Made by a program: the position numbers and the translations under genes | Source: a bacterium | GTDB lineage: Bacteria > SAR324 > NAC60-12 | Assembly: GCA_965209155.1 (NCBI GenBank) | Contig: OZ242383.1 | Span: 3,456,001-3,520,000, forward strand | Reading direction: 5' to 3' | Length of the DNA: 64,000 nucleotides | In this document: one piece after another, positions 51,747-62,151 of the stretch | How the letters are laid out: each line of letters opens with the position of its first letter | Numbering within the stretch: position 1 is the first letter of the stretch | Notes under the pieces: model-generated | The model's database searches: none | The model's input: the letters and a program-made list of their open reading frames with translations, nothing else | What the model was told of the DNA's origin: nothing

Positions 51747-52921
51747 GAGTTGGCCTTGGCCCTTTCTGCAGCAACGACTTGTTGCATTCCATCCCAGACA
51801 TCCCAGGGATGGCAGAGCAAGTGCTTTGAGCGCTCCCACGGATCCACCCCTTCCGGGTACTCCAGCCACTCCCCGTGGTATCCCCGGTCCGGGTGATCGT
51901 TATGGCCGTGGAAGTCCACCACCATCGATGGTTGATGGGATTTGGCTCGCAGGCGGAAAAGCACGGTCATGCGACTCTCGGTGCCCCGCTCGTTGCGAGT
52001 GGCGCTGTGCGGTGTGTGGTTCGTGACGATGGCGGCATCGCCTTCTTCCATCAGAAGCTGCATCGGTTGGGGCCATCGCTTGCCGTCGGGTGTGCATTCT
52101 GAGGTTTCGTCGATCAGCGCGTCGTACACGTAGTCCGGCATTAACTTCATACCGCAGCGGTTGGGTGAGGAGTAATCAAACCGGGGCCAGCCAGGTCCCT
52201 CTTGCCCCAGGCGCTCTCCAGCAGCACGTTGACTGTTGAAAAACCGCTCCGCGACGTGGTGCCCCCCCGGGAGTATGGCGGTCTGTCCACAACCCTCTCG
52301 TGACTGGTCGTTGAGGCAGACAAAGATGAAGGCGGTGAAACTGCCGATTCCCAAGGTCATCTCCGGGTCCATAAAGAGCGGATCGTAGTTGGTGCCCGTC
52401 AACTCCGCAGTGCGCCCGAGATTCCCACTGGGAAGAGAGGAGATCCTGTATTGGTAGATTTCGTCGACGGTACCCTGGAGCGGCTCCTCTACAATGGGAA
52501 AGCCACATAAGCCATCCAAATGCATTTGAGCTCCAAAGTAGGGCTGGTCCTTCTCCAGGTACCCGAGAGCATTGTAGCCTTTTCCTGGCTCGCGCTGAAT
52601 GGGTGCAATGGCCATCCTGGCGTGAGTCACTGGATCAAACGGCCCCATACACTCGGTCATCACCGGGGTCAAGCTGCTCTTGTTGACCAGGTCGGTCATC
52701 AAGGCCGCATCACGAAGATCGAGGATCTTTCGATTTTGCCCCAAGGACTGGGTATTGCGAAAGTTGGGATCATCCGCGCGGACGGGCTCCGGATTGCGCT
52801 CCGCTTCCTCAATTGCAGTCCTCGCTGCTGAGGTCAACTCCTTGGAAACAGCACCTTTCAGGATGAGGTAGCCCTCACGGTACAACTCTTGTTTTTGTTC
52901 GATTGAAAGTTTGGCGGTCAT
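51743..52921 (-). CDS. Phytanoyl-CoA dioxygenase-like Fe/2OG oxygenase
   Basis: [11 protein letters not shown] start, MHLDG (HXD), LPGGHH, EEGD...HSA...R. Confidence 0.7.
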   Translation of the reverse strand: MTAKLSIEQKQELYREGYLILKGAVSKELTSAARTAIEEAERNPEPVRADDPNFRNTQSLGQNRKILDLRDAALMTDLVNKSSLTPVMTECMGPFDPVTHARMAIAPIQREPGKGYNALGYLEKDQPYFGAQMHLDGLCGFPIVEEPLQGTVDEIYQYRISSLPSGNLGRTAELTGTNYDPLFMDPEMTLGIGSFTAFIFVCLNDQSREGCGQTAILPGGHHVAERFFNSQRAAGERLGQEGPGWPRFDYSSPNRCGMKLMPDYVYDALIDETSECTPDGKRWPQPMQLLMEEGDAAIVTNHTPHSATRNERGTESRMTVLFRLRAKSHQPSMVVDFHGHNDHPDRGYHGEWLEYPEGVDPWERSKHLLCHPWDVWDGMQQVVAAERAKANS

Positions 52922-53221
52922 GGACTCTCTTTATAAAAATAAAAAATGGACTGATCCGATAGAATCTTGATATCAAATGATTTTCATGTAATTTGTCTTG
53001 TTTCCAAAGTCATAGCAAAACTCTGGAACAAAAACCATGCGTCATATACATACAAATTTTAATTGAGTGTGTCAAATTTAATATTTTAGAAGTTACCCTT
53101 TTGCGGGAGACCAACGGTTTGATTTGGCTTTATGCTAGTCCCATGATATCTACTGTGATATTTAAAGAAAGATTGAGAAAGCGGATGATCACATTCGGAG
53201 AAAGGAAACAGGTCGTGCATG

Positions 53222-53788
53222 TAATTAATCTCATTAAACCACCAGCTCTGTTGGTGCGAACCTAATAGGCTTTGCCGGTCAGACATGAGAAAGGTACCCG
53301 TGTCCGTGAGCCGTGCTCGTGCTCGTGAACGGTCAGTGAATTCGACGGCACATTTTGGTTAACATAGAAACAATGCGATGAAGTAACTGTTTCCCTTCGT
53401 CAAATAAAGGAGGCTGGATGATCTTCAACACGTTTAAAACATCGAGAATAGCAGCGCATTCCATTGCGGAACCTCGGGCCAATGCATAGAATCGTTGCTT
53501 GTCAGGAAAGGAATTTTTTCCACAGCCTTCTGCGATATTGAGAGGAATCGACCATGAGGCCCTTTTCAGTTGGTCAACTAAGGCTGAGTATCCTTTTGGC
53601 AATGTTTCGATGACTTGGACAGATAACGCTAAAAATTCGATGGAACATTGGTATACATCGATTTTTTCATGATCTAACATGGCAGCCTTTTTCGTTCACG
53701 AGCACGAGCACGTCTTACGATGACGAACACGTTTTGCCCTCATACTGGGGGCCTCTTCAAGCCACCGGCTCTACCGGTGGTGATGACT
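53222..53788. mobile_element. Non-autonomous IS200/IS605-type element with four-helix-bundle gene, copy B (inverted)
   Basis: Reverse complement of 22800-23366 with a handful of substitutions; homology stops sharply at both ends. Confidence 0.85.
53333..53680 (-). CDS. Four helix bundle protein, copy B
   Basis: 115 aa; differs from copy A at two residues (KLD>KID, AFA>ALA). Confidence 0.92.
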   Translation of the reverse strand: MLDHEKIDVYQCSIEFLALSVQVIETLPKGYSALVDQLKRASWSIPLNIAEGCGKNSFPDKQRFYALARGSAMECAAILDVLNVLKIIQPPLFDEGKQLLHRIVSMLTKMCRRIH

Positions 53789-53858
53789 GATATTCCGAAA
53801 ATTACCTGTTCGAGCATTGCGGAAAAGTTCTGATTGGTGGAGGGGTGAAGGGAATAGA

Positions 53859-55532
53859 ATGGCTATACTAACTGGTACCTATGCGTTTCTGGAGATGCTT
53901 CGCGCTGAGGGCGTCAAATACATATTTGGAAATCCAGGCACGAGCGAGGCGGCTATTATGGACGCTCTTTCAAGTTACCCCGATATTGAATATATCCTGG
54001 TCGTTCAAGAGGGGATTGCGATTGGAATGGCGGATGCGTATGCGCGCGCCAGTGGTGAAGTCGGTTTTGTCAGCTTGCACATCGACAATGGTCTCGCCAA
54101 CGCCTTTTCACTTCTTGCCGATTCAAAATATGCCGGCACTCCGCTGGTTGTCACCGCAGGCAACAAGGATGTCCGAAAACTGGCAGAAGGTCGATCAGAT
54201 CTGGCGCGTATGGCCGAACCGTTCTGTAAATGGAGCGTGGAGATCACTCATCCCGATCAATACCCGAGTGTTTTGAGACGAGCGTTTCTGGAAGCAAGAA
54301 CCGAGCCAACGGGCCCGGTCTTTGTCTCATTCTCCGCCAATTCTTTGGATGGCACCACGGACCAGGCGATTTTCCCCTCATCACGCCACGTCACCCTGCC
54401 CGAACCTTCCGCTCAAGCTGTCCGAGAGGCAGCCGCTCTCTTGAAAAGCGCCCGGAATCCCGTGATGCTTGTCGGGAATCGGGTTGGTAAATATGGATCA
54501 GTCCGGCAGGCGGTTTGCCTGGCCGAACAAATAGGAGCTGCGGTGTATGGACATGTTAGCAACCAGGTCAATTTTCCCACCGGTCACCCTCAATTCCTGG
54601 GCAGGTTACCATGGTCCAGCGTGAGAACGAAACCGATTCGCGAAACGTTGCAATCAGCCGATGTGATCATAGCCATTGGCTGTCCGGTGTTTGCTGACTA
54701 TTTTTACCTGACAGAGCCTGTTTTTCACGAAAAGGCGGCTCTCATCCATATTGACCCCCTTTCCGGTGAAATTGGCAAAACTGAGAAGACCGAAATTGGG
54801 ATCCATGCTGCACCTGCCAGCACGCTCACCTCACTGAGCGCCGAATTGAAAGACGGCATGACCCCTTCAGAAGTTGAAGCGGCCACTGCTCGCAAAAAGC
54901 AAATTACGATGAAATCGCAGGCGCAGCAAAACGAATTCATGCAGTTGGCTGAATCTCAAAGGCAGCAAAACCCTATGGGAGTGGCGGCAGCAATGCAGGC
55001 CATTGCGGAGGCAATGCCACCCGAGGCACTGGTATTCGACGATTCGGTCAGTACCTCGGGGATGTTTCATGCTGCCGTTAAATTCAATCAGCCGGGTGGT
55101 TATTATGGTTCGATCGGGGGGGCCATCGGCTGGGGAATGGGCGGTGGCCCGGGATTGAAGCTGGCTCGTCCGGATCACGCGGTGCTGGCTATCGTCGGAG
55201 ACGGGAGTGCGATGATGACCGTCCAGGGACTATGGACCGCCGTGAATTCGAAGATCCCGGTCGTCTACCTGATTTGCAACAACGCTTCGTACCGGGTCCT
55301 CAAAATCAACATGAACCTCTATAAAGAAGCAATCCTCGGACAAAGCCATCGGCCGAACCAGTACCCAAACATGGACTTTCACGTGCCTTTTGATTTTTCA
55401 GCCATTGCCCGCGCCTTTGGGGCCACGGGGATTCGTATCGAAAGGGTGGAAGACATCGGACCCGCCCTGCAGAAAGCAATCCAAGCCAATCAGCCTGCCG
55501 TCCTTGACCTGATCCTTGACGGCTCCCTTTGA
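53859..55532 (+). CDS. Thiamine pyrophosphate-binding enzyme (benzoylformate decarboxylase-like)
   Basis: FGNPGTSE, QEGIAIGMADAYAR, GDGSAM...NNASY TPP motif. Confidence 0.9.
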   Translation: MAILTGTYAFLEMLRAEGVKYIFGNPGTSEAAIMDALSSYPDIEYILVVQEGIAIGMADAYARASGEVGFVSLHIDNGLANAFSLLADSKYAGTPLVVTAGNKDVRKLAEGRSDLARMAEPFCKWSVEITHPDQYPSVLRRAFLEARTEPTGPVFVSFSANSLDGTTDQAIFPSSRHVTLPEPSAQAVREAAALLKSARNPVMLVGNRVGKYGSVRQAVCLAEQIGAAVYGHVSNQVNFPTGHPQFLGRLPWSSVRTKPIRETLQSADVIIAIGCPVFADYFYLTEPVFHEKAALIHIDPLSGEIGKTEKTEIGIHAAPASTLTSLSAELKDGMTPSEVEAATARKKQITMKSQAQQNEFMQLAESQRQQNPMGVAAAMQAIAEAMPPEALVFDDSVSTSGMFHAAVKFNQPGGYYGSIGGAIGWGMGGGPGLKLARPDHAVLAIVGDGSAMMTVQGLWTAVNSKIPVVYLICNNASYRVLKINMNLYKEAILGQSHRPNQYPNMDFHVPFDFSAIARAFGATGIRIERVEDIGPALQKAIQANQPAVLDLILDGSL

Positions 55533-56233
55533 AAAATGCCGTACCTCGATCAACCCCCGAGCTTTCCGAATCCGCTGTCGAGAAGATGCTCATTCAACAA
55601 TTACTCACGGAGCGGATTTTCCGCACGGTCTTCAACAACCCCGACTTCACCCGTCGTAACGTCATCGCCAATGAGATCGAGATGGTGATCGACGCGCTCA
55701 CTTCTCAATCCTTCAGTCGACTGGATTTCCTTCAAAGCCTGGACCGCTTCTATCTCGCCATTGAAAGAACGGCGGCAACCATCAGTGATTTTTCACAGAA
55801 ACAGCATTTCCTCAACACGGTTTACGAAAAGTTTTTCCAGGGCTTTTCGGTGGAGGTTGCCGACACCCACGGCATCGTCTACACGCCGCAACCGATTGTG
55901 GATTTCATGGTAAAAAGCGTGGAACAGCTCCTGTGCAGCGAATTCGATACCTCACTTTCAAACGAGGGAGTGCACGTCATCGACCATTTCGTGGGCAGCG
56001 GCAATTTCATCGTCCGCATTATGCGGGAAATCTGTAAAACTGCGCTGCCGGGCAAGTATGCAAGCGAGCTTCACTGCAACGAGGTCATGCTGCTCCCTTA
56101 CTACGTCACCTCCATGAACATTGAGCACGAGTTTTACCAGGCAACCGGGACTTACCAGCCCTTCGAGGGCATCTGCCTCGTGGATACATTTAACCTGGCG
56201 GAAGAACGCCAGTTACCGCTTTTTGGCTCATGA
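55529..56233 (+). pseudogene. Truncated N6-adenine methyltransferase of a type ISP/IIG R-M enzyme
   Basis: VYEKFFQG..HGIVYTPQPIVDFM, IDHFVGSGNF (degenerate DPF motif), NEVMLLPYY. Ends at the 58-bp repeat before any NPPY motif. Confidence 0.8.
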
Positions 56234-56274
56234 TCGTAAAGAAGCGGATCTCCCTGATTGATAGATTTTTAATT
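56217..56274 (+). repeat. 58-bp direct repeat, copy 1
   Basis: CGCTTTTTGGCTCATGATCGTAAAGAAGCGGATCTCCCTGATTGATAGATTTTTAATT, identical to 61883-61940. Confidence 0.92.
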
Positions 56275-56287
56275 AGTCCCCCACAAG

Positions 56288-56868
56288 GTTTAAACCTCCG
56301 CCTTTAGGCGGATAGATTTATCCCTCCCTTTATGCTAAGCCATCGCATGAAAGGAGGATCTCATGGAATATAGGTATGGCAGTCACACCGTTTTCAATAT
56401 TGAGTATCATTTTGTTTGGGTTACCAGAAATCGTTATAAGGTTCTCACTGGTGATGTCGCCTTGCGAGTTCGTGAATTGGTGCGTCAAACTTGCGAAGCA
56501 TTTGAGATCCGAATTCTCAGTGGGGTGGTGAGTAAAGATCATGTCCATCTGTTTCTCTCCGCTCCTCCAAGCATGGCCCCAAGTGAGATCATGCGTCGCC
56601 TCAAAGGCAGAAGTGCTAGTAAGCTGTTTGAAGAGTTTCCTGTCATCAAAAAACGCTATTGGGGCCGACACTTTTGGGCGAGAGGATATTTTTGTGCAAG
56701 GGCAGGTCAAGTGACTGATGAAATGATTAAAAGTTATTTGGAGCATCATTTTGAATCGAATCCTAATGACGATTTTCGGACCGAAGCCTAGACGGGTCTG
56801 AAATGACCCGTATCCGTACTTTCAGTACTTGAGTTTAAACCCTCCGTCTTCAGACTGTGGTTGTTTAA
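56288..56868 (+). mobile_element. IS200/IS605-family element (tnpA only); boundaries approximate
   Basis: Subterminal hairpins TCCGCCTTTAGGCGGA (left) and TCCGTCTTCAGACTGTGG (right) flank a Y1 transposase. Confidence 0.8.
56363..56791 (+). CDS. tnpA: IS200/IS605 Y1 (HUH) transposase
   Basis: YHFVWVTRNRY, DHVHL, LKGRS, HFWARGYF, IKSYLEHH. Confidence 0.95.
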   Translation: MEYRYGSHTVFNIEYHFVWVTRNRYKVLTGDVALRVRELVRQTCEAFEIRILSGVVSKDHVHLFLSAPPSMAPSEIMRRLKGRSASKLFEEFPVIKKRYWGRHFWARGYFCARAGQVTDEMIKSYLEHHFESNPNDDFRTEA

Positions 56869-56869
56869 T

Positions 56870-57007
56870 GATCCTCCTTAGTATTTGATCGATCGAGCTC
56901 AGGACTTTTTTGATGTGGGGGTCGACGAGTTCATGTTCCACTCTATTCCGAATAAACCAGAGTATTTTGCGGAACTCAACGAGGAGGTGTTCAGCACCTT
57001 TGACTGA
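56870..57007 (+). pseudogene. C-terminal gene fragment (possibly LLM-class flavin oxidoreductase)
   Basis: LIDRAQDFFDVGVDEFMFHSIPNKPEYFAELNEEVFSTFD*, cut off at the IS200 right end. Confidence 0.35.
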
Positions 57008-57016
57008 CCGTCATCC

Positions 57017-58216
57017 CTAAGCTTCGCTAACGACACGGCTCGCAGCTTCGATGGCCCCTGAACCATGAGGGATATTCAGCGCTTTCAAACCTGCGTCGAT
57101 CACCCCAAGCATGCCCAAGGTCATGTGCGCATTTACGTGCCCCATGTGCGCAACGCGAAAGAAACCATGGTAATCGGGGCTGGAAGGCTCCGCCATGCCC
57201 AGTCCAATGCCTAGGGTCACTCCGGTCTTTTTTTCAGTCCAGTGTCGTAGTTCGGTGGCATGAGGGGCATCCATGGAAGCGGCAGTGACCGAATGGGAAC
57301 GATCTTTGGGGTTGTTGATGTTTAGACGAATGGAACTGCCCCTTCCCCAGGCATCGAACGCTGCCCAGACCGCTCGGCTGAGTTTCGCATGCCTTTCCCA
57401 GGCTTTCTCAAGCCCTTCCTCTTCCAGCAGCATGGTCAACGCTTCACGCAGCCCAAAAAGATGGTGGGTTGGGGCGGTGCCGAAAAAGTATTCATAAAAC
57501 TTTTCCGGGTTGACTCGCGGACGGAAATCCCAGTAAGGAGTGACCAGTTCCGCATGCTTACGAGCTTCGAGCACACGCTGGTTGAAAAACATGAAACCCA
57601 GTCCCGGCGGAGTCATTAGGCCCTTCTGACTACCCGCCACCATCAGGTCCACCCCCCAGCTATCCATTTCAAAGGGTTCACAGGCCAAGCTGGCCATGGA
57701 GTCGACCATGTATAAGGCTGGGTGGCCAGAGGAACGAATACACTCGCCCAGAGCGGCGATGTTATTACTTACTGAGCTGGCCGTATCCGTTTGTACAACC
57801 AGGATTGCCTTGTAGCTCCGGTTCACATCGAGTTTTAGCTTGGTTGCCACCTGATTCAGGTCCACCGGGGCCGATTTGCCGAAATCGATCAGGTCCACTT
57901 CCACCCCAAGCTGTTCAGCTATCTTGGCCCACATGGCAACGAAGCGTCCCGTAGCCAAGGCAAGCACCTTGTCCCCGCGCGAGAGGGTGTTGGTCAGAGC
58001 CGCCTCCCAGGAACCGTGCCCGTTGGAGATGTAGATGGCTACATCCCCGGAACTCTTGGCCACCCGGTTCAAATCCGGAACCATGCCTTCCACCATTTCG
58101 TGGAGGACCCCCTCATAGATATTCGGTGCTGCCTGGTGCATCGCCTGCAGGACTCGGTCCGGTATCACCGAAGATCCTGGAATAGCAAAATAGTGACGGC
58201 CATGGCTTAATGTCAT
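57017..58216 (-). CDS. Class V aminotransferase (serine--glyoxylate aminotransferase-like)
   Basis: GRHYFAIPG, SNGHGSWEAAL, VDSMASL, AGSQKGLMTPPG (PLP lysine), FRVAHMG. Confidence 0.9.
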   Translation of the reverse strand: MTLSHGRHYFAIPGSSVIPDRVLQAMHQAAPNIYEGVLHEMVEGMVPDLNRVAKSSGDVAIYISNGHGSWEAALTNTLSRGDKVLALATGRFVAMWAKIAEQLGVEVDLIDFGKSAPVDLNQVATKLKLDVNRSYKAILVVQTDTASSVSNNIAALGECIRSSGHPALYMVDSMASLACEPFEMDSWGVDLMVAGSQKGLMTPPGLGFMFFNQRVLEARKHAELVTPYWDFRPRVNPEKFYEYFFGTAPTHHLFGLREALTMLLEEEGLEKAWERHAKLSRAVWAAFDAWGRGSSIRLNINNPKDRSHSVTAASMDAPHATELRHWTEKKTGVTLGIGLGMAEPSSPDYHGFFRVAHMGHVNAHMTLGMLGVIDAGLKALNIPHGSGAIEAASRVVSEA

Positions 58217-58253
58217 AAAATTCCTTGAAAGCAAGTTGTTGATCGCCTATCCC

Positions 58254-58731
58254 GATAGTGTAAATTAAATTGTGTGAAATTGAGAAGGGCTTGAATCCAT
58301 GGGACTATCCCGGTAGGTTTGATGATGTCCAATTTAAACCTGCTATCAGGAGAAAGCCCCATGAAATTGGAATTGACCGTAACGGAATTTAAGGAAATGT
58401 TCAATACTCTTCAAAGCCCGGATGAATGGTTGGAGCTGCTGCGAGTGGATTTTAGCCATCAAGTTGGTATTTATCTTTCCAAATTAATGAAGGCAGAACT
58501 GAGCGAACATCTGGACGGGAGCCCTATGAGCGAAGCGGGAACCTGGAGAGAACGTGATCTTTCTATGGAAATTGTCGCCGGAGAAAACTCTTGCTATCGA
58601 CTCTTGGCTTTTATTAGACTCAAAATGGAAATGTACTGGAGGTCAACACCTGTCGGGAAAGTACAAAAGAATTTACCCTTCTTCAAGCAAATCAATGGCT
58701 AATACATTCGCACAAATAAGTTTGCACTATC
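58254..58731 (+). mobile_element. Internally deleted IS256-family element (478 bp)
   Basis: IRs GATAGTGTAAATTAAATTGTGTGAA / TTCGCACAAATAAGTTTGCACTATC. Transposase N-terminus (LMKAELSEHL) is joined to its C-terminus (NSCYRLLAF..W). Confidence 0.8.
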
Positions 58732-58962
58732 CGAAAATTACGTTAGCGTTTCACAAGCATGTTTCGACAAGTGGGAAGATCCTTTTAACTTGCAAGTAAT
58801 TGTCCCTTAAACATGGTCAATGTTTCCCCAAGTCGTCATTTGTTTGATGATTGTACCTGTGAGATGCTTTGATCAGGACAGCCCAGGAGGACTGAGAAGG
58901 AAACTTCTGGTAAAATATTCACGGACTTCCTTATACGGGTTACGAGAGAAAAGGAGAGCGTT

Positions 58963-60264
58963 TTGCAATCATCTTTATTCCCCGAAGATACGCCCCTGGC
59001 AGCGCCGCCAAGGAGCAACGGCAGTATAAACAGGCTGGACGTTGATGACAGGCACTTCCACGACTGGTATCGATTCGTCCTGTCATTTCCCGCCCATCTT
59101 GTTCGTGAATATCTCCGCAGGTTTGAGCTGAACGAGGACGATATGCTGTTGGACCCGTTTTGCGGCGCAGGGACAACACTGGTCGAGGCAAAACGTCACG
59201 GCATACCCAGTACAGGGATTGAAGCAAATGCCATCGCGCATTTTGCCTGTTCCGTAAAAACAGATTGGGATGTAGATCCTGCCGGACTGAGGGAACATGC
59301 CTATTCACTGGCAAGACAGGCAAAGGAAATTATCGATTCATGGAGCACTGCATCTCTTCGAACACTGCCGGAAGAGTCATTCAACCTATTGTTAAACGGA
59401 TCAATAAGTTCGTTGCCGTTGCATAAGTCTTTGGTGCTACGGGATCAAATCGAAGAAAATGAAGACGCCGGGTATAAACGGCATGAATTGCTTGCGCTTG
59501 CAAATTCATTGGTTTTTTCCACCAGCAACCTGTATTTTGGCCCGGAGGTAGGGGTACGGCGAACAAAAAAAGCAGATGCGCCGGTTATCGAAAGCTGGTT
59601 GACTGAAGTGGAAAAAATCGTAGCGGATTTGCGTATGAAAAAATGCCCGAATGCGCCGGCTACGGTATATCATGCAGATGCGCGGCAACTGGCTTCGCTG
59701 TTATCTCCTGAAAGTATCAGCGCCGTTTTTACCTCTCCGCCTTATCCGAACGAGAAAGACTATACGAGAACCACGAGGCTGGAAAGCGTGATGTTGGGAT
59801 ATATCAAAAACAAGGAAGAATTGCGGAGGTTGAAAAAAACCCTGCTCAGGTCCAATTCACGTAATGTTTATAAGGGAGACGATGACGATGAATGGGTCGT
59901 GGGACATGCAGAAATACAGTCAATAGCCGAGGAGATAGAAAAACGCAGAATTGCGCTCGGCAAAACATCCGGTTTTGAAAGGCAATACAGCAAGGTGACC
60001 AAGTTGTATTTCGGCGGCATGGCCCGACACCTGTCCGAATTACGACCATTTCTGAAACCTGGAGCGTATCTTGGTTATGTTGTGGGAGATCAGGCCTCAT
60101 ACCTGCAAGTCATGATTCGCACCGGTCAGATACTTGCGGACATAGCCCGGTCGCTGGGCTACCGGGTCGTCAGAATTGACCTGTTTCGCACCCGTCTTGC
60201 CACGGCAACACGCAAACAGGTGCGGGAAGAAGTAGTTGTATTGCAATGGCCGGGGTGTCAGTAA
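58963..60264 (+). CDS. Site-specific amino-DNA methyltransferase (alpha order, probably N4-cytosine)
   Basis: HDWYRF, LDPFCGAGTT (motif I) before TSPPY (motif IV); VVGD; TTG start. Confidence 0.9.
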   Translation: MQSSLFPEDTPLAAPPRSNGSINRLDVDDRHFHDWYRFVLSFPAHLVREYLRRFELNEDDMLLDPFCGAGTTLVEAKRHGIPSTGIEANAIAHFACSVKTDWDVDPAGLREHAYSLARQAKEIIDSWSTASLRTLPEESFNLLLNGSISSLPLHKSLVLRDQIEENEDAGYKRHELLALANSLVFSTSNLYFGPEVGVRRTKKADAPVIESWLTEVEKIVADLRMKKCPNAPATVYHADARQLASLLSPESISAVFTSPPYPNEKDYTRTTRLESVMLGYIKNKEELRRLKKTLLRSNSRNVYKGDDDDEWVVGHAEIQSIAEEIEKRRIALGKTSGFERQYSKVTKLYFGGMARHLSELRPFLKPGAYLGYVVGDQASYLQVMIRTGQILADIARSLGYRVVRIDLFRTRLATATRKQVREEVVVLQWPGCQ

Positions 60265-60275
60265 GGAGAGGCAGG

Positions 60276-60493
60276 ATGGCTGAGAGTGGAAACCGATATT
60301 CGAGACTGATTGAATATATCTTTCTCGGGAATCACAGGAATGAGGCGCAGGAGGTAAACTTCCGGCGCGAAGATCTAGTCAGCGCAGCAAAGGAACTGAG
60401 GAGAAACATTATCGTCTTGTCTCTCCTGAGCAAATGACGGATGAGGACCTTGCCCGGTATCGTAATGAGACTATTGGGGTTACTCGTGAGTAA
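60276..60493 (+). pseudogene. Internally deleted partner (restriction) endonuclease
   Basis: N-terminal NRYSRLIEYIF..VNFRREDLVSAAKEL joined out of frame to C-terminal EKHYRLVSPEQMTDEDLARY; directly downstream of the MTase. Confidence 0.6.
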
Positions 60494-60569
60494 AGTGGAA
60501 GATCGCCGGATTGTGATCGGTCCCGCTGTCGAAGAGGATAGTCTTGACGCATTACTTGCGCAAATGTAA
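60486..60569 (+). pseudogene. AbrB/MazE-type antitoxin fragment
   Basis: VEDRRIVIGP...SLDALLAQ, cut by the IS66 end. Confidence 0.4.
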
Positions 60570-60643
60570 CTATTTAGGATTCTTTAGAGCCCCCTTCAAT
60601 TTAAGCACAGGTTTTGCATGGCATAAAGTCCAGAAAGGACATT

Positions 60644-61670
60644 ATGCTCTCGAAAGTTCAAAAGTATATTAGTTCCATTTCATCGACAGCCCCCCTTGAG
60701 GCTCTTCAAGAAGCCTGTCAACTCTTTGAAAAAGAACGAGAGCAGTGGAAGCAAGAGCGATTAGCACTCCTCAAACGTATTGAAGTGCTCGAAGCAGAAA
60801 ATAAGCAACTTCGGGATCAGTTGGCTCTCAACAGCCAAAACTCAAGTAAGCCTCCTTCCAGCGATCCAAGTCGAAAGAACAAAAGTTTGCGTAAAAGCAG
60901 GGGTCGCTCTCGCGGAGGTCAACCCGGTCATCAAGGCCATCATTTGGCTTTCAGTGAATCACCGGATCAGGTGGAGTCCCATTCTCCCATCACCTGTGAA
61001 GCCTGTGGAGAAGATTTATCCAAGGTGGCGGTTGAGGCCACGCATAAACGTCAAGTTTTTGATCTTCCCCCGCTCCAATTAGAGGTCACCGAGCATCAGG
61101 TGGAACAAAAAATTTGTTCCTGCTGCCGGCATCTGAATCGCTCGAGCTTTCCAGCAGAGATAGAGGGACCCACTCAATATGGTCCCCGGATCAAAGGCTT
61201 AGCGGTTTATCTGAATCAATATCAGTTTCTGCCTTTTGATCGATGCCAGCAATTCTTTGAGGATCAGTTCGGCCAGCCGCTCAATGCGGCCACGATTTAT
61301 GCTAGCCTCCAGCAAGCCGCCCAGAGGCTTTATCCCTTGCAACAACAAGTGGCTGAAGCTCTGATTCAAGCGGACGCCCCAAACAGAGCAAAGCCAAAAA
61401 TTTACTCGATCGCTTGATCCTCTATGAAAAGGAAAGCTTGTTATTCATGGATGACTTCCGGGTTCCTTTTGACAACAACCAAGCCGAGCGAGATATACGC
61501 ATGGTTAAATTGAAACAGAAAATCTCAGGCGGCTTCCGAACGGCTGAAGGATCACAGGCTTTTTGTACCCGAACCCATTTCCACTACCAGAAAACAGGGA
61601 AAATCCATCTTCGAGATGCTCACACAGGCTTTGTCTCTCCCGGATCCAGTCCGGGACAAGCTTTTACCTG
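60644..61670 (+). pseudogene. IS66 transposase with internal deletion and frameshifts
   Basis: NSQNSSKPPSSD, GGQPGHQG, CEACG, RQVFDLP, YGP; then jumps to [26 protein letters not shown] in another frame. Confidence 0.85.
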
Positions 61671-61689
61671 CGCCTCTTTGTTACTGAAA

Positions 61690-61880
61690 CTCCTCTTTTT
61701 TAAAACGTTTCGCCCTTGCGGGCCAAACGTATTCCTGGCAAACATAGCATCGTCAATGCGATTTTGTAGGTCGTGAAAACGAGTTGTCAGTGGAGCATGC
61801 TTGCCCATGATTTACCTCCCTGGCAAAGCGTTTACGATCATTATCGCCATTGGAAAAAACACTGGATTGTGGAGTGAACC
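61690..61880 (+). pseudogene. IS5-family transposase remnant
   Basis: [34 protein letters not shown] with an in-frame stop. Confidence 0.7.
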
Positions 61881-61882
61881 TT

Positions 61883-61940
61883 CGCTTTTTGGCTCATGAT
61901 CGTAAAGAAGCGGATCTCCCTGATTGATAGATTTTTAATT
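61883..61940 (+). repeat. 58-bp direct repeat, copy 2
   Basis: Identical to 56217-56274. Confidence 0.92.
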
Positions 61941-62151
61941 TGGGGTTGACATTGTGCAAGTAGTAGTAGTGCTAAAACCATACCATCACTAAGTTGTTTT
62001 AGTGAAAGAAGAGGGTTTCCGATCGATGGAACAATATCGTGGGAGGACTTGAAAACGATCAGTCCTCTACGGAAATTTTTTTCAACGTTATTTGACTAAA
62101 CGGGTTTTCAGAGACCTGAATAGTTACAACCCTCAAATAAAAGAGGTAATT

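Larger units (their letters stand above)
60566..62127. mobile_element. Degraded IS66-family region; the right IR may belong to a second copy
   Basis: GTAACTATTTAGG (60566-78) and CCTGAATAGTTAC (62115-27); no TSD seen. Confidence 0.65.
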
